This document shows, one piece after another, positions 1 through 9,944 of a stretch of DNA of 64,000 nt. Positions within the stretch are counted from its first letter, which is position 1; each line of letters starts with the position of its first letter. Source of the stretch: an uncultured Clostridia bacterium (GTDB lineage Bacteria; Bacillota; Clostridia; Lachnospirales; Lachnospiraceae); assembly GCA_947643415.1 (NCBI GenBank), contig CANRWA010000011.1:19548-83547 (forward strand), given 5' to 3'. A program made the position numbers and the translations under genes. The notes under the pieces are model-generated. The model did no database searches and was not told where the DNA came from. It saw nothing but the letters and a program-made list of their open reading frames with translations.

Positions 1-1
1 A

Positions 2-1072
2 GACTTAGAGATAAGAAATCAAAAAATAATCGATGCAATTATAGAAAAAGCAAGTAAAATATGTCCGGAATCACTTGCTCTGATTGGAATCTATGGTTCT
101 TTTGGGACAGGGGATTTTTATGAAAGGTCAGACCTGGATCTTCTTGTTTTGATCAATGAGGAAAAAGGCTGGCAATTAGGCTGTACATTCATACAAGATG
201 ATTTAGAAACTGGTCATGATATTTATTGTACCACCTGGGAAGATTTGCAGAAAGACTCTCTTTATGATAATCCCCATATTTCAAAACTTATGGATTCCAA
301 AATTGTGTATTATACAGATGAGAAATACATAGAGAAATTAGAATCGTTACGGAAGAAAGTAAATGACAATTTGCGGGCTCCTTTATCAAGAGAAGACTAT
401 GGCAAAGCGGAAAATATGATGAGAGAGGCAGAACATTTTTATCTTATGGCAATGCTTACAGATGATATGTCTGATATATGGGTGCAGGCAGGATATGCTA
501 TATATTATGTGGAAAATGCAATTGCAATGCTGAATAAAAAATACTTTCATTATGGGACAAAACGCGTTTATGAAGAACTGGAGCAAATGGAGCACAGGCC
601 TTATAAACTCTGTGAAAGGATAGAGAGTGTGCTGTCAGGAAATTCTGCTGAACAGATAAAAAAATCTTTAACTATGCTTATTCAGGAGACGATGCATGTA
701 TTCGAACAGGTGAAAAAAACTGTTATGGTGCAGAAGAAACCGGTAACGGCAGATTCTATCAGGGGCACTTATGAGGAAATGTTTTCAAATTGGAGAAACA
801 AAATGTATGCTGCCGCTGATATGGATAACAGGCATCTGGCATTTATGAGTATGGTCAGTCTGAATGCAATGATTTCCGGGCTGTGTGACGAAGTAGAAAT
901 TGCCGGTTATGATGTATTTGGCGGATACGATCCACGCAATCTAAGAAAAACAGCACAGGCATTTGATGATTTAATAATGGAATATGTAAAAGAATACCAA
1001 AAGGTAAATTTACAGGTGTCCAGGTATCAGGATATCGATGCATTTGCTGCACATTATTCAGAGGATACCTGA
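2..1072 (+). CDS. Nucleotidyltransferase-domain protein (pol-beta superfamily, KNTase/ANT(4')-like layout); 5' end truncated by the window edge
   Basis: The frame is open from position 2, upstream of the listed ORF start at 149. It reads ...LIGIYGSFGTGDFYERSDLDLLVL..., the hG[GS]x9-13DxD nucleotidyltransferase motif, followed by a helical C-terminal region. Confidence 0.7.
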   Translation, partial: DLEIRNQKIIDAIIEKASKICPESLALIGIYGSFGTGDFYERSDLDLLVLINEEKGWQLGCTFIQDDLETGHDIYCTTWEDLQKDSLYDNPHISKLMDSKIVYYTDEKYIEKLESLRKKVNDNLRAPLSREDYGKAENMMREAEHFYLMAMLTDDMSDIWVQAGYAIYYVENAIAMLNKKYFHYGTKRVYEELEQMEHRPYKLCERIESVLSGNSAEQIKKSLTMLIQETMHVFEQVKKTVMVQKKPVTADSIRGTYEEMFSNWRNKMYAAADMDNRHLAFMSMVSLNAMISGLCDEVEIAGYDVFGGYDPRNLRKTAQAFDDLIMEYVKEYQKVNLQVSRYQDIDAFAAHYSEDT

Positions 1073-2187
1073 AAGGAATCAAATTTCAAATGATACTCTA
1101 AAAAATCAAGACAAACCTCATTTATCTTTTTCAGCGTTTTTTGTGGTGCATCATTCGTTTTGAAACCATCAAATATAAAAGTTAAAAAAGGCGAGGATAG
1201 GGATAAATCTGTCAATGAAAAGTGACCTACACCCGAAAGGTACACATTTTGAATATCATGGGATTCCAGATCCAGTAACCGTGCATTTTCTTCATACTGT
1301 TTCCATTCTCTCAAATGTCCCCAAGATGCGTCGGAATAAACATTTAAGACTGGGACAGGATACTCTGATTGTTCAAAGATAAAATTGCCGTCAACATCTA
1401 CACCCTGAATATCGCAGAGGAATGGAGCTTCCAAGGAAATAACTGCCGTAATATCATCCCGCTGCCTGCCTATGCCAAGGGCTGCTGAGCCGCCCAAAGA
1501 ATGCCCCATGACACAAGTACGTGAACCATCAACCAAACTATATACGGAGAATCCGCTATTTTCCTCAGATGCCTTTTCTATAATCGTGTTCAACACGAAA
1601 TTAATATCTCCTGTACGAATATTCATCCATTTTTTAAAATGCTGTAAAGATTGCTCTGGCTTTTCCTGTGGATTATCAGCCGCAATTTCTTTCATAAAAT
1701 CTCCACTAACCCGTATTGTCTTTCCGTTTGAGAGCTTTGTGGAAAAGCATTGATATGTATGGTCAATAGAACAGACCACATATCCGTGGCTTGCAAGCTC
1801 ACGGTATAGCGTTTCATTGCTGTTTTTCATTCCAAAACTTCCATGGGAAAATACTACCAAGGGGCAGCTCTGGGGTTTCTCGTATTCTACAGGATACCAA
1901 AAGGAAACAGGCAACTCACGATAGCTCCCATCATCAGCATAAGTTTCAAATCTTGAGGTGTCTGTATAAAAGTAATCTTCACGCTCTGTCTGATATTCAC
2001 CCGTAGCTTCAATCGGTGTTACTTTCGGAAACAATAAAAGCCAGCCGGTGCATAATAAAAGAATGAATGACAGTACCGCACAAATATATCCTGCAGGAAC
2101 ATGATTTGATTTTTTAAATAGACAGTAAAAAAGCAGAATTATTTCAACAATCATCGCTGTTAGTAAAATGATATGCCTGGCTTTCAC
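1054..2187 (-). CDS. Membrane-anchored alpha/beta hydrolase (PAF-acetylhydrolase/lipase-like)
   Basis: Two N-terminal hydrophobic helices, VVFSHG oxyanion region, GHSLGG nucleophile elbow, GVGHFS candidate catalytic His. Overlaps the TetR stop, suggesting translational coupling. Confidence 0.8.
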   Translation of the reverse strand: MKARHIILLTAMIVEIILLFYCLFKKSNHVPAGYICAVLSFILLLCTGWLLLFPKVTPIEATGEYQTEREDYFYTDTSRFETYADDGSYRELPVSFWYPVEYEKPQSCPLVVFSHGSFGMKNSNETLYRELASHGYVVCSIDHTYQCFSTKLSNGKTIRVSGDFMKEIAADNPQEKPEQSLQHFKKWMNIRTGDINFVLNTIIEKASEENSGFSVYSLVDGSRTCVMGHSLGGSAALGIGRQRDDITAVISLEAPFLCDIQGVDVDGNFIFEQSEYPVPVLNVYSDASWGHLREWKQYEENARLLDLESHDIQNVYLSGVGHFSLTDLSLSSPFLTFIFDGFKTNDAPQKTLKKINEVCLDFLEYHLKFDSFQVSSE

Positions 2188-2792
2188 TTTTGAGTTTCCT
2201 CCCTGTGTGGTATTTGTTCAGAAATGACACCTTCTTGAACAAGAAAGGCATCAGCCGCGCGATTTACCAATTGCATTATTTCTTTTTCGGATGCATTGAT
2301 AATGCCTGTTGCAGCAAGGGCAGCGATTCCATGTGTATAAATAATGGTGTTTTGCAGGTATCGTCCTGCGTGTTCCTCTGAAAGATCTAAATCCTTTGAG
2401 ATTCTTTTTATTAATGCTGCATTGTTCTTGTCTGTAATTAATGCATCAAAGTTATCTGATGGTGAACCACAATATCCTTCCAGATAGAGGAAACGGAACA
2501 GATTAGGTTTGTTGACGGCAATATGAATAAAAGCTATTCCTACCTGTTCAAAAGCTGCTACTGCACTTTCATGAGAGGGACGCATTTTACAGTTTGCATA
2601 GTTTAAGGCATATTCCGACAAAGCTTTTCGAAGTCCCTCCATATTTTTGAAATGCCATACTAAGGGCTGTGTAGAACAGCCAATCTCTTTTGATAATGTC
2701 TTGATATTGATCGATGAATAACCGTCACGAATAAGCATTTTCAATGCCGCTTCCAAGATGACTTCCTTTGAAATTTGCGTTTTCCTTCCCAT
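2184..2792 (-). CDS. TetR/AcrR family transcriptional regulator
   Basis: N-terminal HTH: ILEAALKMLIRDGYSSINIKTLSKEIGCSTQPLVWHFKNMEGL. RBS GAGGTG upstream. Confidence 0.9.
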   Translation of the reverse strand: MGRKTQISKEVILEAALKMLIRDGYSSINIKTLSKEIGCSTQPLVWHFKNMEGLRKALSEYALNYANCKMRPSHESAVAAFEQVGIAFIHIAVNKPNLFRFLYLEGYCGSPSDNFDALITDKNNAALIKRISKDLDLSEEHAGRYLQNTIIYTHGIAALAATGIINASEKEIMQLVNRAADAFLVQEGVISEQIPHREETQK

Positions 2793-2839
2793 TTCATCAC
2801 CTCAAAATTCCAGAAATGTATTTATATAATTTTGTTTAT

Positions 2840-2868
2840 AGTATAATCAAAGTTATGCTTTCTGTCAA
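2840..2868 (-). promoter_or_regulatory. Sigma-A promoter of the tetR-hydrolase operon
   Basis: The minus strand reads TTGACA-N17-TATACT. Confidence 0.7.
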
Positions 2869-2980
2869 TTCATTTGTTTTTCTTCGTAAGAAAATGAGAA
2901 AGAATGTTGTAATAAGAACGTATGTTGTGGTATTCTGGAAAAAATGGAATTTACTTTGGGGATATCGTGGAGGATATAAA

Positions 2981-3733
2981 TTGAAAGAGAATATAGAAAA
3001 AATATTTGGGAATTGGAATGAAACAATTATATGGTCATGTCTGCAAGGGATAATGGGAGAGATACACACGGATTTGTCTGAGAATGCAGCAATGGCAATA
3101 TTAGGAGATTTTGCATTTTATGCTGGGGATCCGTGTGAAGAATTAATTCGATTGAAACCAGAGAGCTGCAAACAGGACTTTATCATTATGGTTCCGCAGA
3201 ATGCCAGATGGGCTGGTTTGATAGAGAAATGTTACGGAGATAAGGCGAAGAAGGTTACAAGATATGCAATCAAAAAGGAAGCGGATATATTTGACGAAAA
3301 AAAATTACAGCAGGCAGTGCTTCGTCTGCCCAATGAATATAAGCTAAATGTAATTAAGGAAGCGGAATATAATATGTGTCAGGAGAATGGTTGGGCGAAA
3401 GATTTAGTATCCCAATATAAGGATTATCATACATATAAAGAGTTAGGCCTGGGTGTGGCTGTTTTAAAGGATGGAGAATTGGTGGCTGGAGCTTCCTCTT
3501 ATAGTACATATGACAAAGGTATTGAGATAGAAATTGATACAAGAAAAGACCATCGGAGAAAAGGATTGGCATATGCGTGTGGTGCAAAGTTGATTTTAGA
3601 GTGTTTAGAGAAAGGTTTATATCCGAGCTGGGATGCGCAAAATAAATGTTCGGTGTCTTTGGCACAGAAGCTGGGATATCATTTTAGTCACGAATATGCA
3701 GCGTATGAAGTTGTATACTGCACCAGAGTATAG
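2981..3733 (+). CDS. GNAT family N-acetyltransferase
   Basis: GIEIEIDTRKDHRRKGLAYACGAKLILECLEKGLYPSWDAQN (acetyl-CoA-binding RRKGLA motif). TTG start at 2981 follows GGAGG; the listed upstream extension is probably not translated. Confidence 0.85.
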   Translation: MKENIEKIFGNWNETIIWSCLQGIMGEIHTDLSENAAMAILGDFAFYAGDPCEELIRLKPESCKQDFIIMVPQNARWAGLIEKCYGDKAKKVTRYAIKKEADIFDEKKLQQAVLRLPNEYKLNVIKEAEYNMCQENGWAKDLVSQYKDYHTYKELGLGVAVLKDGELVAGASSYSTYDKGIEIEIDTRKDHRRKGLAYACGAKLILECLEKGLYPSWDAQNKCSVSLAQKLGYHFSHEYAAYEVVYCTRV

Positions 3734-3825
3734 AAGACAGGGAATGGCATTACATACATTGGACTTGCAATTGTTCTTCAATGCCATGAAGGAGCCTTCT
3801 TGTCCATTCCGTTGTGAATGTGTTC

Positions 3826-5313
3826 TCAGTGCTTGTTTTTTCTGCCCGTTACCCTCTTTCGGAAATTCTGCGTTATCACTCCTTTCCACAGGCCTGGGTG
3901 GAAGAGGATCAGAAGCGGGAACAGCTCCAGCCTTCCGGCGAGCATATCGAACATCAGGACCCATTTAGAAAATCCTGTCAGGATACCAAAATTACAGGTA
4001 GGGCCTACCTGGGAAAGTCCTGGGCCTATATTATTTAATGTTGCCAGGACGGCAGAAAAATTTGTGGTGAAATCCCGTCCCTCGATGGAGACAAGGAATA
4101 CTGATGTTACCAGTATGAGGATAAAGGTGATAAAGTAGACATTGATGGAGCGGACCACGTCATGTTCTACGGGTTTTCTTTCAAAGTTAATCTTCTTTAT
4201 GCTCTTAGGATGGATATAAGACTGAAATTCCTTGATCACAGTCTTTATCATAATGATGAGACGGGATACTTTGATGCCGCCGCCAGTGCTTCCGGCACAG
4301 GCACCGCAGAACATCAGCAGGAGGAGGGTGGTCTTACATACAGAGGACCAGGCATCAAAGTCAACTGTGGAGAAACCGGTACTGGTCATCAGGGAAGACA
4401 CCTGAAAAGCAGAATCTGTCAGAGCCTTACATATGCTGGAAGAGGTGCTGAGAAGGCTGAAAAAGATGATAGCAGTGGCAGTGAGTGCAATGATCATATA
4501 GTAGCGAACTTCCTCCATCAAAAAAGCTTTTTTGAATTTGCGGTAGATAATGTAGTAGTATGCGTTAAAATTAATGCCAAAAAGAAGCATAAATATTGTT
4601 ACCACCCACTGGAGATAGGGGGAATATCCTGCCATGCTGTCGTTTTTGATTCCAAATCCGCCAGTTCCGGCAGTACCGAAGCTGGTGTTCAGGGCATCAA
4701 AAAGAGGCATTTTCCCACATACGAGAAAAAGGATCTCGAGTAAGGTCATACCAAGATAGATCAGATACAGGATCCGGGCGGTAGCCTTGATCTTCGGGAC
4801 TAGCTTACCGACGGATGGTCCCGGGCTCTCTGCGCGCATCAGGTTCATGTTGGAGCCGCCGCCCATGGGGATGATGGCGAGGATGAAGACAAGGACTCCC
4901 ATGCCGCCGATCCAGTGTGTAAAACTGCGCCAGAAGATCGAGCAGTGGCTCAATGCCTCTACATCGCTTAATATGCTTGCCCCGGTGGTGGTAAACCCGG
5001 AGACAGTTTCAAATAAAGCGTCAGTAAAGGATGGGATCTCACCTGTGAGGATAAATGGCAGACAGCCAGTAAGACTGATGAGAAGCCAGCTCAGAGAGGT
5101 GGCAACACAGCCCTCTTTCAGATAGAATATGTTATTTTTTGGCTTACGGAGTGTCATGATCACGCCGAGAAGTCCACAGATCCCTGCTACCAGAAGGTAG
5201 TAGAACCCTTCCTGTTCCTGATAGATCACAGCAACAAGACAGGGCAGCACAAGCAGGATGGATTCTGTTTTTAAAAGTGTACCCAGTATATATCGTATAA
5301 TTGAACCGTTCAT
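3826..5313 (-). CDS. trkH: TrkH family K+ uptake membrane subunit
   Basis: Pore-loop motifs GFTTTGAS, TAGTGGF, LMTSTGF, TLNNIGPG; also GSTGGGIK and DMLAGRLE. Start MNGSIIRY at 5313. Confidence 0.92.
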   Translation of the reverse strand: MNGSIIRYILGTLLKTESILLVLPCLVAVIYQEQEGFYYLLVAGICGLLGVIMTLRKPKNNIFYLKEGCVATSLSWLLISLTGCLPFILTGEIPSFTDALFETVSGFTTTGASILSDVEALSHCSIFWRSFTHWIGGMGVLVFILAIIPMGGGSNMNLMRAESPGPSVGKLVPKIKATARILYLIYLGMTLLEILFLVCGKMPLFDALNTSFGTAGTGGFGIKNDSMAGYSPYLQWVVTIFMLLFGINFNAYYYIIYRKFKKAFLMEEVRYYMIIALTATAIIFFSLLSTSSSICKALTDSAFQVSSLMTSTGFSTVDFDAWSSVCKTTLLLLMFCGACAGSTGGGIKVSRLIIMIKTVIKEFQSYIHPKSIKKINFERKPVEHDVVRSINVYFITFILILVTSVFLVSIEGRDFTTNFSAVLATLNNIGPGLSQVGPTCNFGILTGFSKWVLMFDMLAGRLELFPLLILFHPGLWKGVITQNFRKRVTGRKNKH

Positions 5314-5332
5314 TTCCCTGTTTTTTTCCTCC

Positions 5333-6724
5333 CTATCCCATGATATCCAGAATATCATTAAATCCAGTATGGGTTGTGACGATGATCACCCGGTCACCGA
5401 TCTGAATAGTATCCTGACCACTTGGGATCAGCACTTTACTTTTGCGGTAAATACAGCAGATCAAAAGGTTTCTCTTTAATTTTAGTTTCATAAGAGGCAC
5501 ATCGGTCACTTCAGAGGGCTCATTGACAAGAAATTCGATCGCCTCTACCCTGTGGTCAAACATATGGTACATGGACTCGATGTTGCTGTCCATAGAATTT
5601 TTCCTGGCGCGCACAAAAGTAATGATTGCTTCAGAGGTGATATATCTGGGGTACACAACACTGCCCAGGTCAAGGCTGTTGATGACACTGATAAAGGAAC
5701 TGCGGTTGATCTTGGTGATGGTTTTGGCAGAAGATATCTGTCTGGCATGGAGGGTCAGCATGATATTTTCTTCGTCAATACCTGTCAGGGGTACAAAAGA
5801 TTCGATATGTTCGATTCCCTCTTCTTTCAAAAGTTCCTGGTCGCTTCCATCTCCATTGATGATGATGGCTTTGGGAAGGAGAATACTGAGTTCCTCACAG
5901 CGTTTCTGGCTCTTCTCAATGATCTTCACATCAATTCCCATCTGAAGAAGCTGGCTTGCCAGATAATAGGCAGCGCGTCCACCGCCGACGATCAGGGTAT
6001 TTTTCACCTGCTTAGTCTTAAATCCAATGTTTTCGAGAAAGGTACGGATGTGTTTGCGGGAGGAGACGATGGAGACAATATCACCTTTTTTGATGCGGAA
6101 GTCACCACCGGGTATCGTTACTTCCCCACCACGTTCCACGGCGCAGATCAGTATATCATTCGTGATATTTTTTCCCAGATTGGCAATGGTCATACCATCC
6201 AATGTATTCTTTTCGGGTATCTTGAACTTAATGATCTCAGCCTGTCCATTAGCAAAAGAAGAAACCTCCAGTGCCGTTGGCAGGAACAGGATACGGGCGA
6301 TCTCACGGGATGCTTCCAATTCTGGGTTGATCACCATGGCGAGTCCCAGCCTGGCACGGAGATAACCTACCTCTTTACTGTAATCTGGTGTGCGGACACG
6401 GGCGATGGCGGCACAGTCATCCCCTACCTGCTTGGCAATGGTACAGCATAGGAGATTCAGCTCATCCGATGCTGTAACAGCAATGATAAGATTGGCTGAT
6501 TCAATGCCGGCATCCATCTGTGTGCTGTAGCTGGCACCATTTCCGGCAACACCCATAATGTCATAAAAATTAGCGATTTCCTGTACTTTGGCGGCATCCT
6601 GGTCGATGATCGTGATATCATGCCCTTCTTTGCTAAGCTGTTCCACAAGTGTGGTGCCGACTTTTCCACATCCTACGATGATTATATGTAAGCCATTTGT
6701 GCTGGATTTTTTTAATAAAGACAT
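5333..6724 (-). CDS. trkA: TrkA K+ uptake regulatory subunit (two RCK_N/RCK_C pairs)
   Basis: IIIVGCGKVG and LIVGGGRAA Rossmann motifs in ~460 aa, directly upstream of trkH. Confidence 0.92.
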   Translation of the reverse strand: MSLLKKSSTNGLHIIIVGCGKVGTTLVEQLSKEGHDITIIDQDAAKVQEIANFYDIMGVAGNGASYSTQMDAGIESANLIIAVTASDELNLLCCTIAKQVGDDCAAIARVRTPDYSKEVGYLRARLGLAMVINPELEASREIARILFLPTALEVSSFANGQAEIIKFKIPEKNTLDGMTIANLGKNITNDILICAVERGGEVTIPGGDFRIKKGDIVSIVSSRKHIRTFLENIGFKTKQVKNTLIVGGGRAAYYLASQLLQMGIDVKIIEKSQKRCEELSILLPKAIIINGDGSDQELLKEEGIEHIESFVPLTGIDEENIMLTLHARQISSAKTITKINRSSFISVINSLDLGSVVYPRYITSEAIITFVRARKNSMDSNIESMYHMFDHRVEAIEFLVNEPSEVTDVPLMKLKLKRNLLICCIYRKSKVLIPSGQDTIQIGDRVIIVTTHTGFNDILDIMG

Positions 6725-6903
6725 ATTCCCCTCCATATTCGTGAACAGTAACTAATGTGGTTATACGTTTTCTGTCTCGTTACTTTAGTTATACCACATT
6801 TTCTCAAGATATGCTATACTATTTAAATGAGTTATCGTATAATAAAGCAACAGTATTGTTAACTAACTGTATAAAAGAGATATGTTTAAGGCAGGGATAT
6901 CAA

Positions 6904-8304
6904 ATGAATATGACAAAAACGATCCAGAGGAAGCTGTCTACCACACAGCTTATCATGCTGGGATTTCTGGCGGCAATCCTAATAGGGGCTTTGTTGCTGA
7001 TGCTGCCATGTTCCTCGGCAAATGGTACCATGACACCGTTTGTGGACAGTTTATTTACCTCTACTACTTCGGTCTGTGTAACCGGGCTGGTGGTGGTCAA
7101 TACGGCGTCACATTGGAGTTTTTTCGGAAAGCTTGTCATACTGGTGCTGATTCAGTTGGGAGGACTGGGAATCATATCATTTACCACGGGTATGATGATG
7201 GTGTTAAGGAAAAAGATCACATTGCGGGACAGGGTGCTTTTGGAGGATTCACTGAATCTAAATACATTAAAGGGGCTTGTAAGGTTTCTCAAGCGAATTT
7301 TTAAGGGAACTTTTCTGGTAGAGGGTGTGGGGGCACTGTGCTACTCATTTCTATTTATTCCCATGTTTGTGCAGCAGTCAGGCATCATACATGGGATACT
7401 GAAGGGGATATGGTATTCTGTCTTTCATGCGGTATCTGCCTTCTGTAATGCGGGGATCGATCTCTTTGGGGATGCCGGGGTAACACAGTTTGCCACAAAT
7501 CCCTGGTTCAATGTTGTGACTATGCTGCTGATCATCTTTGGCGGTCTTGGGTTTATCGTGTGGTGGGATATTGTTGAGAATGTGAAGAAAGCGGTGCAGG
7601 GGGGCTATTCTCTGCGGCAGGTATTCCGGCGCCTGCGTATTCATTCAAAGATCACGCTGGTTACGACGGCTTCACTTATTGTGGTGGGCGCACTCTTTTT
7701 CTTCTGTCTGGAGTTTACCAATCCGGATACCATTGGGGAATTTTCTCTTCCGCAGAAAGTTATGGCAGGTTTTTTTCAGTCTGTGACTTTGCGGACGGCG
7801 GGTTTTTCAACATTTTCCCAGAGTGGTCTCCGCATCGGCAGTGTGCTGGTCTGCCTGTTTCTTATGTTGATCGGTGGTTCTTCCATATCTACCGCAGGAG
7901 GTATCAAGACTACTACATTTGCGGCATTGGTGCTGAGTACAAGGATGACGATACAGGGAAAGGACCATTTGGTTGTATTTCACAGGCACATTCCCCATAA
8001 GACAGTACAAAAGGCGCTGGCTGTATCGATGGTGAGCCTGCTTGTCTTTGTGGCGGCCGTGTTCACCCTGTATATGGTAGAAGGCGGCAGTATGGCAGAT
8101 GCTGCTTTTGAGACGGCAAGCGCTATCGCTACGGTGGGATTATCCAGGGACTATACGGCGAAGCTGCATCTGGCGGGGAAACTTATTATTACATTATGTA
8201 TGTATCTGGGACGTATCGGTCCGATCTCACTTGCTATCTTCTTTGAGAGGAAGAAGAGACCGGCGGCGTTTCGGTATGCACAGGAGGATATCACAGTTGG
8301 CTGA
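6904..8304 (+). CDS. ktrB: KtrB/TrkH family K+ (Na+) transporter membrane subunit
   Basis: TSVCVTGL, SAFCNAG, TLRTAGF, AIATVGLS pore loops; STAGGIKTTT and MYLGRIGP motifs. Likely start ATG at 6904. Confidence 0.85.
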   Translation: MNMTKTIQRKLSTTQLIMLGFLAAILIGALLLMLPCSSANGTMTPFVDSLFTSTTSVCVTGLVVVNTASHWSFFGKLVILVLIQLGGLGIISFTTGMMMVLRKKITLRDRVLLEDSLNLNTLKGLVRFLKRIFKGTFLVEGVGALCYSFLFIPMFVQQSGIIHGILKGIWYSVFHAVSAFCNAGIDLFGDAGVTQFATNPWFNVVTMLLIIFGGLGFIVWWDIVENVKKAVQGGYSLRQVFRRLRIHSKITLVTTASLIVVGALFFFCLEFTNPDTIGEFSLPQKVMAGFFQSVTLRTAGFSTFSQSGLRIGSVLVCLFLMLIGGSSISTAGGIKTTTFAALVLSTRMTIQGKDHLVVFHRHIPHKTVQKALAVSMVSLLVFVAAVFTLYMVEGGSMADAAFETASAIATVGLSRDYTAKLHLAGKLIITLCMYLGRIGPISLAIFFERKKRPAAFRYAQEDITVG

Positions 8305-8333
8305 GACCATGGAAAGAGAGGATTGTATTTCAT

Positions 8334-8984
8334 ATGAATAAATCGTTTGCAGTACTGGGGATGGGGAAATTTGGTTTGAGTGTGGCACATGAGCTGTATG
8401 AAGCCGGTGCAGATGTGCTGGCGGTAGACCGCAATAAAGAACGGCTGCAGTCGGTGGCGCAGTATGCGACCTATGCGGTGGCGGCAGATATTGAGGACGC
8501 AGAAGCAGTGGATTCGCTTGGGCTGTCTAATATGGACGGGGTTGTGATTGCAGTGACAGAGAACCTCAATGCCAGCATACTTGCCACGATTTATGCGAAG
8601 GAGGCGGGTGTGCCATATGTGATCGCCAAGGCAAAGGATGAAACCCATATTAAGATATTAAAGAAGCTGGGAGCGGATATGACTGTTCTTCCGGAGTACG
8701 AGTCCGGTATCCGTATTGCAAGGCATCTTGTCACAGGAAATATTTTGAATTTCGTGGAACTTTCAGCGGATATCCGCATGGTGGAGATCTCTATCCGGGA
8801 GGAATGGGCAGGACATTCGCTGAAAGAACTGGATCTTCGCAAGAGAGAACACATCAATGTGATCGCCATAAGAAAGAGAGGGGAAATCTCGACGGATTTA
8901 GATCCGGATCAGCCTCTGGAGAGGGAGAGTTCCATGCTGATCACGGTGGATAAGAAGGTTTTGAACAGGCTGATGAGGGAATAG
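8334..8984 (+). CDS. ktrA: KtrA/TrkA family RCK gating subunit
   Basis: FAVLGMGKFG Rossmann motif, single RCK_N+RCK_C in 216 aa, follows the KtrB-like gene. Confidence 0.85.
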   Translation: MNKSFAVLGMGKFGLSVAHELYEAGADVLAVDRNKERLQSVAQYATYAVAADIEDAEAVDSLGLSNMDGVVIAVTENLNASILATIYAKEAGVPYVIAKAKDETHIKILKKLGADMTVLPEYESGIRIARHLVTGNILNFVELSADIRMVEISIREEWAGHSLKELDLRKREHINVIAIRKRGEISTDLDPDQPLERESSMLITVDKKVLNRLMRE

Positions 8985-9012
8985 GGAACATGTGATGGGT
9001 CTTGCCTGATTG

Positions 9013-9792
9013 CTATATGCCACAGTTTTTCCGGTACCTGGCTGGGGTAATGCCATTCTTTTTCCTGAACTGCCGGACGAAATGTTCTGTGTTGTGGTAG
9101 CCGCATATTTCTGCTACTTCTTCAATGGATTTTCTGGTAGAAGTCAGAAGCTCACTGGCAGCCTGGATGCGGCTGTCGATCACATCCGATATACAGGTTG
9201 TTTTAAAATAGTGTTTGTAGACAGAGTGGAAATACCCTTCGCTTATGTGCAGGGATGCTGCTATATCAGGGATGTTCCATTCGTTTTTGGGATACTGGTA
9301 TATGGATTCCCTCAAAGCGGCAAGATGGTAATAGATCTCCGGATATTCCTCCGTGTTGCTTTCGTCCTCGATTTTATTCAGCAGGGCTGTGGTAAGGTGG
9401 TCAATGATTCTGTTCTTATGGAGAGAGGCACCATAGAATTCTGTGTGGATCAGATGAAATAAAGAATAGAATTCTTCCGCATGATGCAGTGGCACTGGCT
9501 TCCCAAAGGGAAAATGTTCGGACAGAACAGGGACAGGAGGTTCGATATGCATCCAGTCGTCGGTGTAAGCAGGGAAATCCGGACTGCCATCAGCAGGCCC
9601 ATAGAGATGCTGCTGCCCCTCACGGAAGATCACAGCGATACCTGAAGGCGTTTCCACCCATTCCGAATCTACATAAAACTTTGCAGGTGTTTTTACAAGG
9701 ATCAGAAGAAGAACCGGATGCCCATGTGGACGGTCCACCAGGAATTGCCGGTCATGTTCTGTATTTTCTCCGATTTTTGTGATGTGGAGCAT
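9013..9792 (-). CDS. AraC family transcriptional regulator (cupin-like sensor + HTH)
   Basis: C-terminal SRIQAASELLTSTRKSIEEVAEICGYHNTEHFVRQFRKKNGITPARYR signature. Confidence 0.92.
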   Translation of the reverse strand: MLHITKIGENTEHDRQFLVDRPHGHPVLLLILVKTPAKFYVDSEWVETPSGIAVIFREGQQHLYGPADGSPDFPAYTDDWMHIEPPVPVLSEHFPFGKPVPLHHAEEFYSLFHLIHTEFYGASLHKNRIIDHLTTALLNKIEDESNTEEYPEIYYHLAALRESIYQYPKNEWNIPDIAASLHISEGYFHSVYKHYFKTTCISDVIDSRIQAASELLTSTRKSIEEVAEICGYHNTEHFVRQFRKKNGITPARYRKNCGI

Positions 9793-9833
9793 GAGATTTC
9801 GCCTCCGATATGAGAATATGTCAATTTTGTCTT

Positions 9834-9872
9834 AGTATACCCCGTTGAAAGAAATTCGTCAAGGTGTATAAT
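9834..9872. promoter_or_regulatory. Overlapping divergent sigma-A promoters (araC on -, membrane protein/GH2 on +)
   Basis: Plus strand TTGAAA-N16-TATAAT (9845-9872); minus strand TTGACG-N17-TATACT (9862-9834). Confidence 0.55.
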
Positions 9873-9891
9873 TCTGGTGTGAAGTGAAAAG

Positions 9892-9926
9892 CAGCTCAAT
9901 GGCGCCAATTTGAACCCATTGAGCTG
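9892..9926. repeat. REP/MITE-end-like hairpin, family copy 1
   Basis: CAGCTCAATGG-cgccaatttgaac-CCATTGAGCTG; 22/24 identical to 61463-61486. Confidence 0.75.
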
Positions 9927-9944
9927 ACAGAAGGAGAAAAGACA

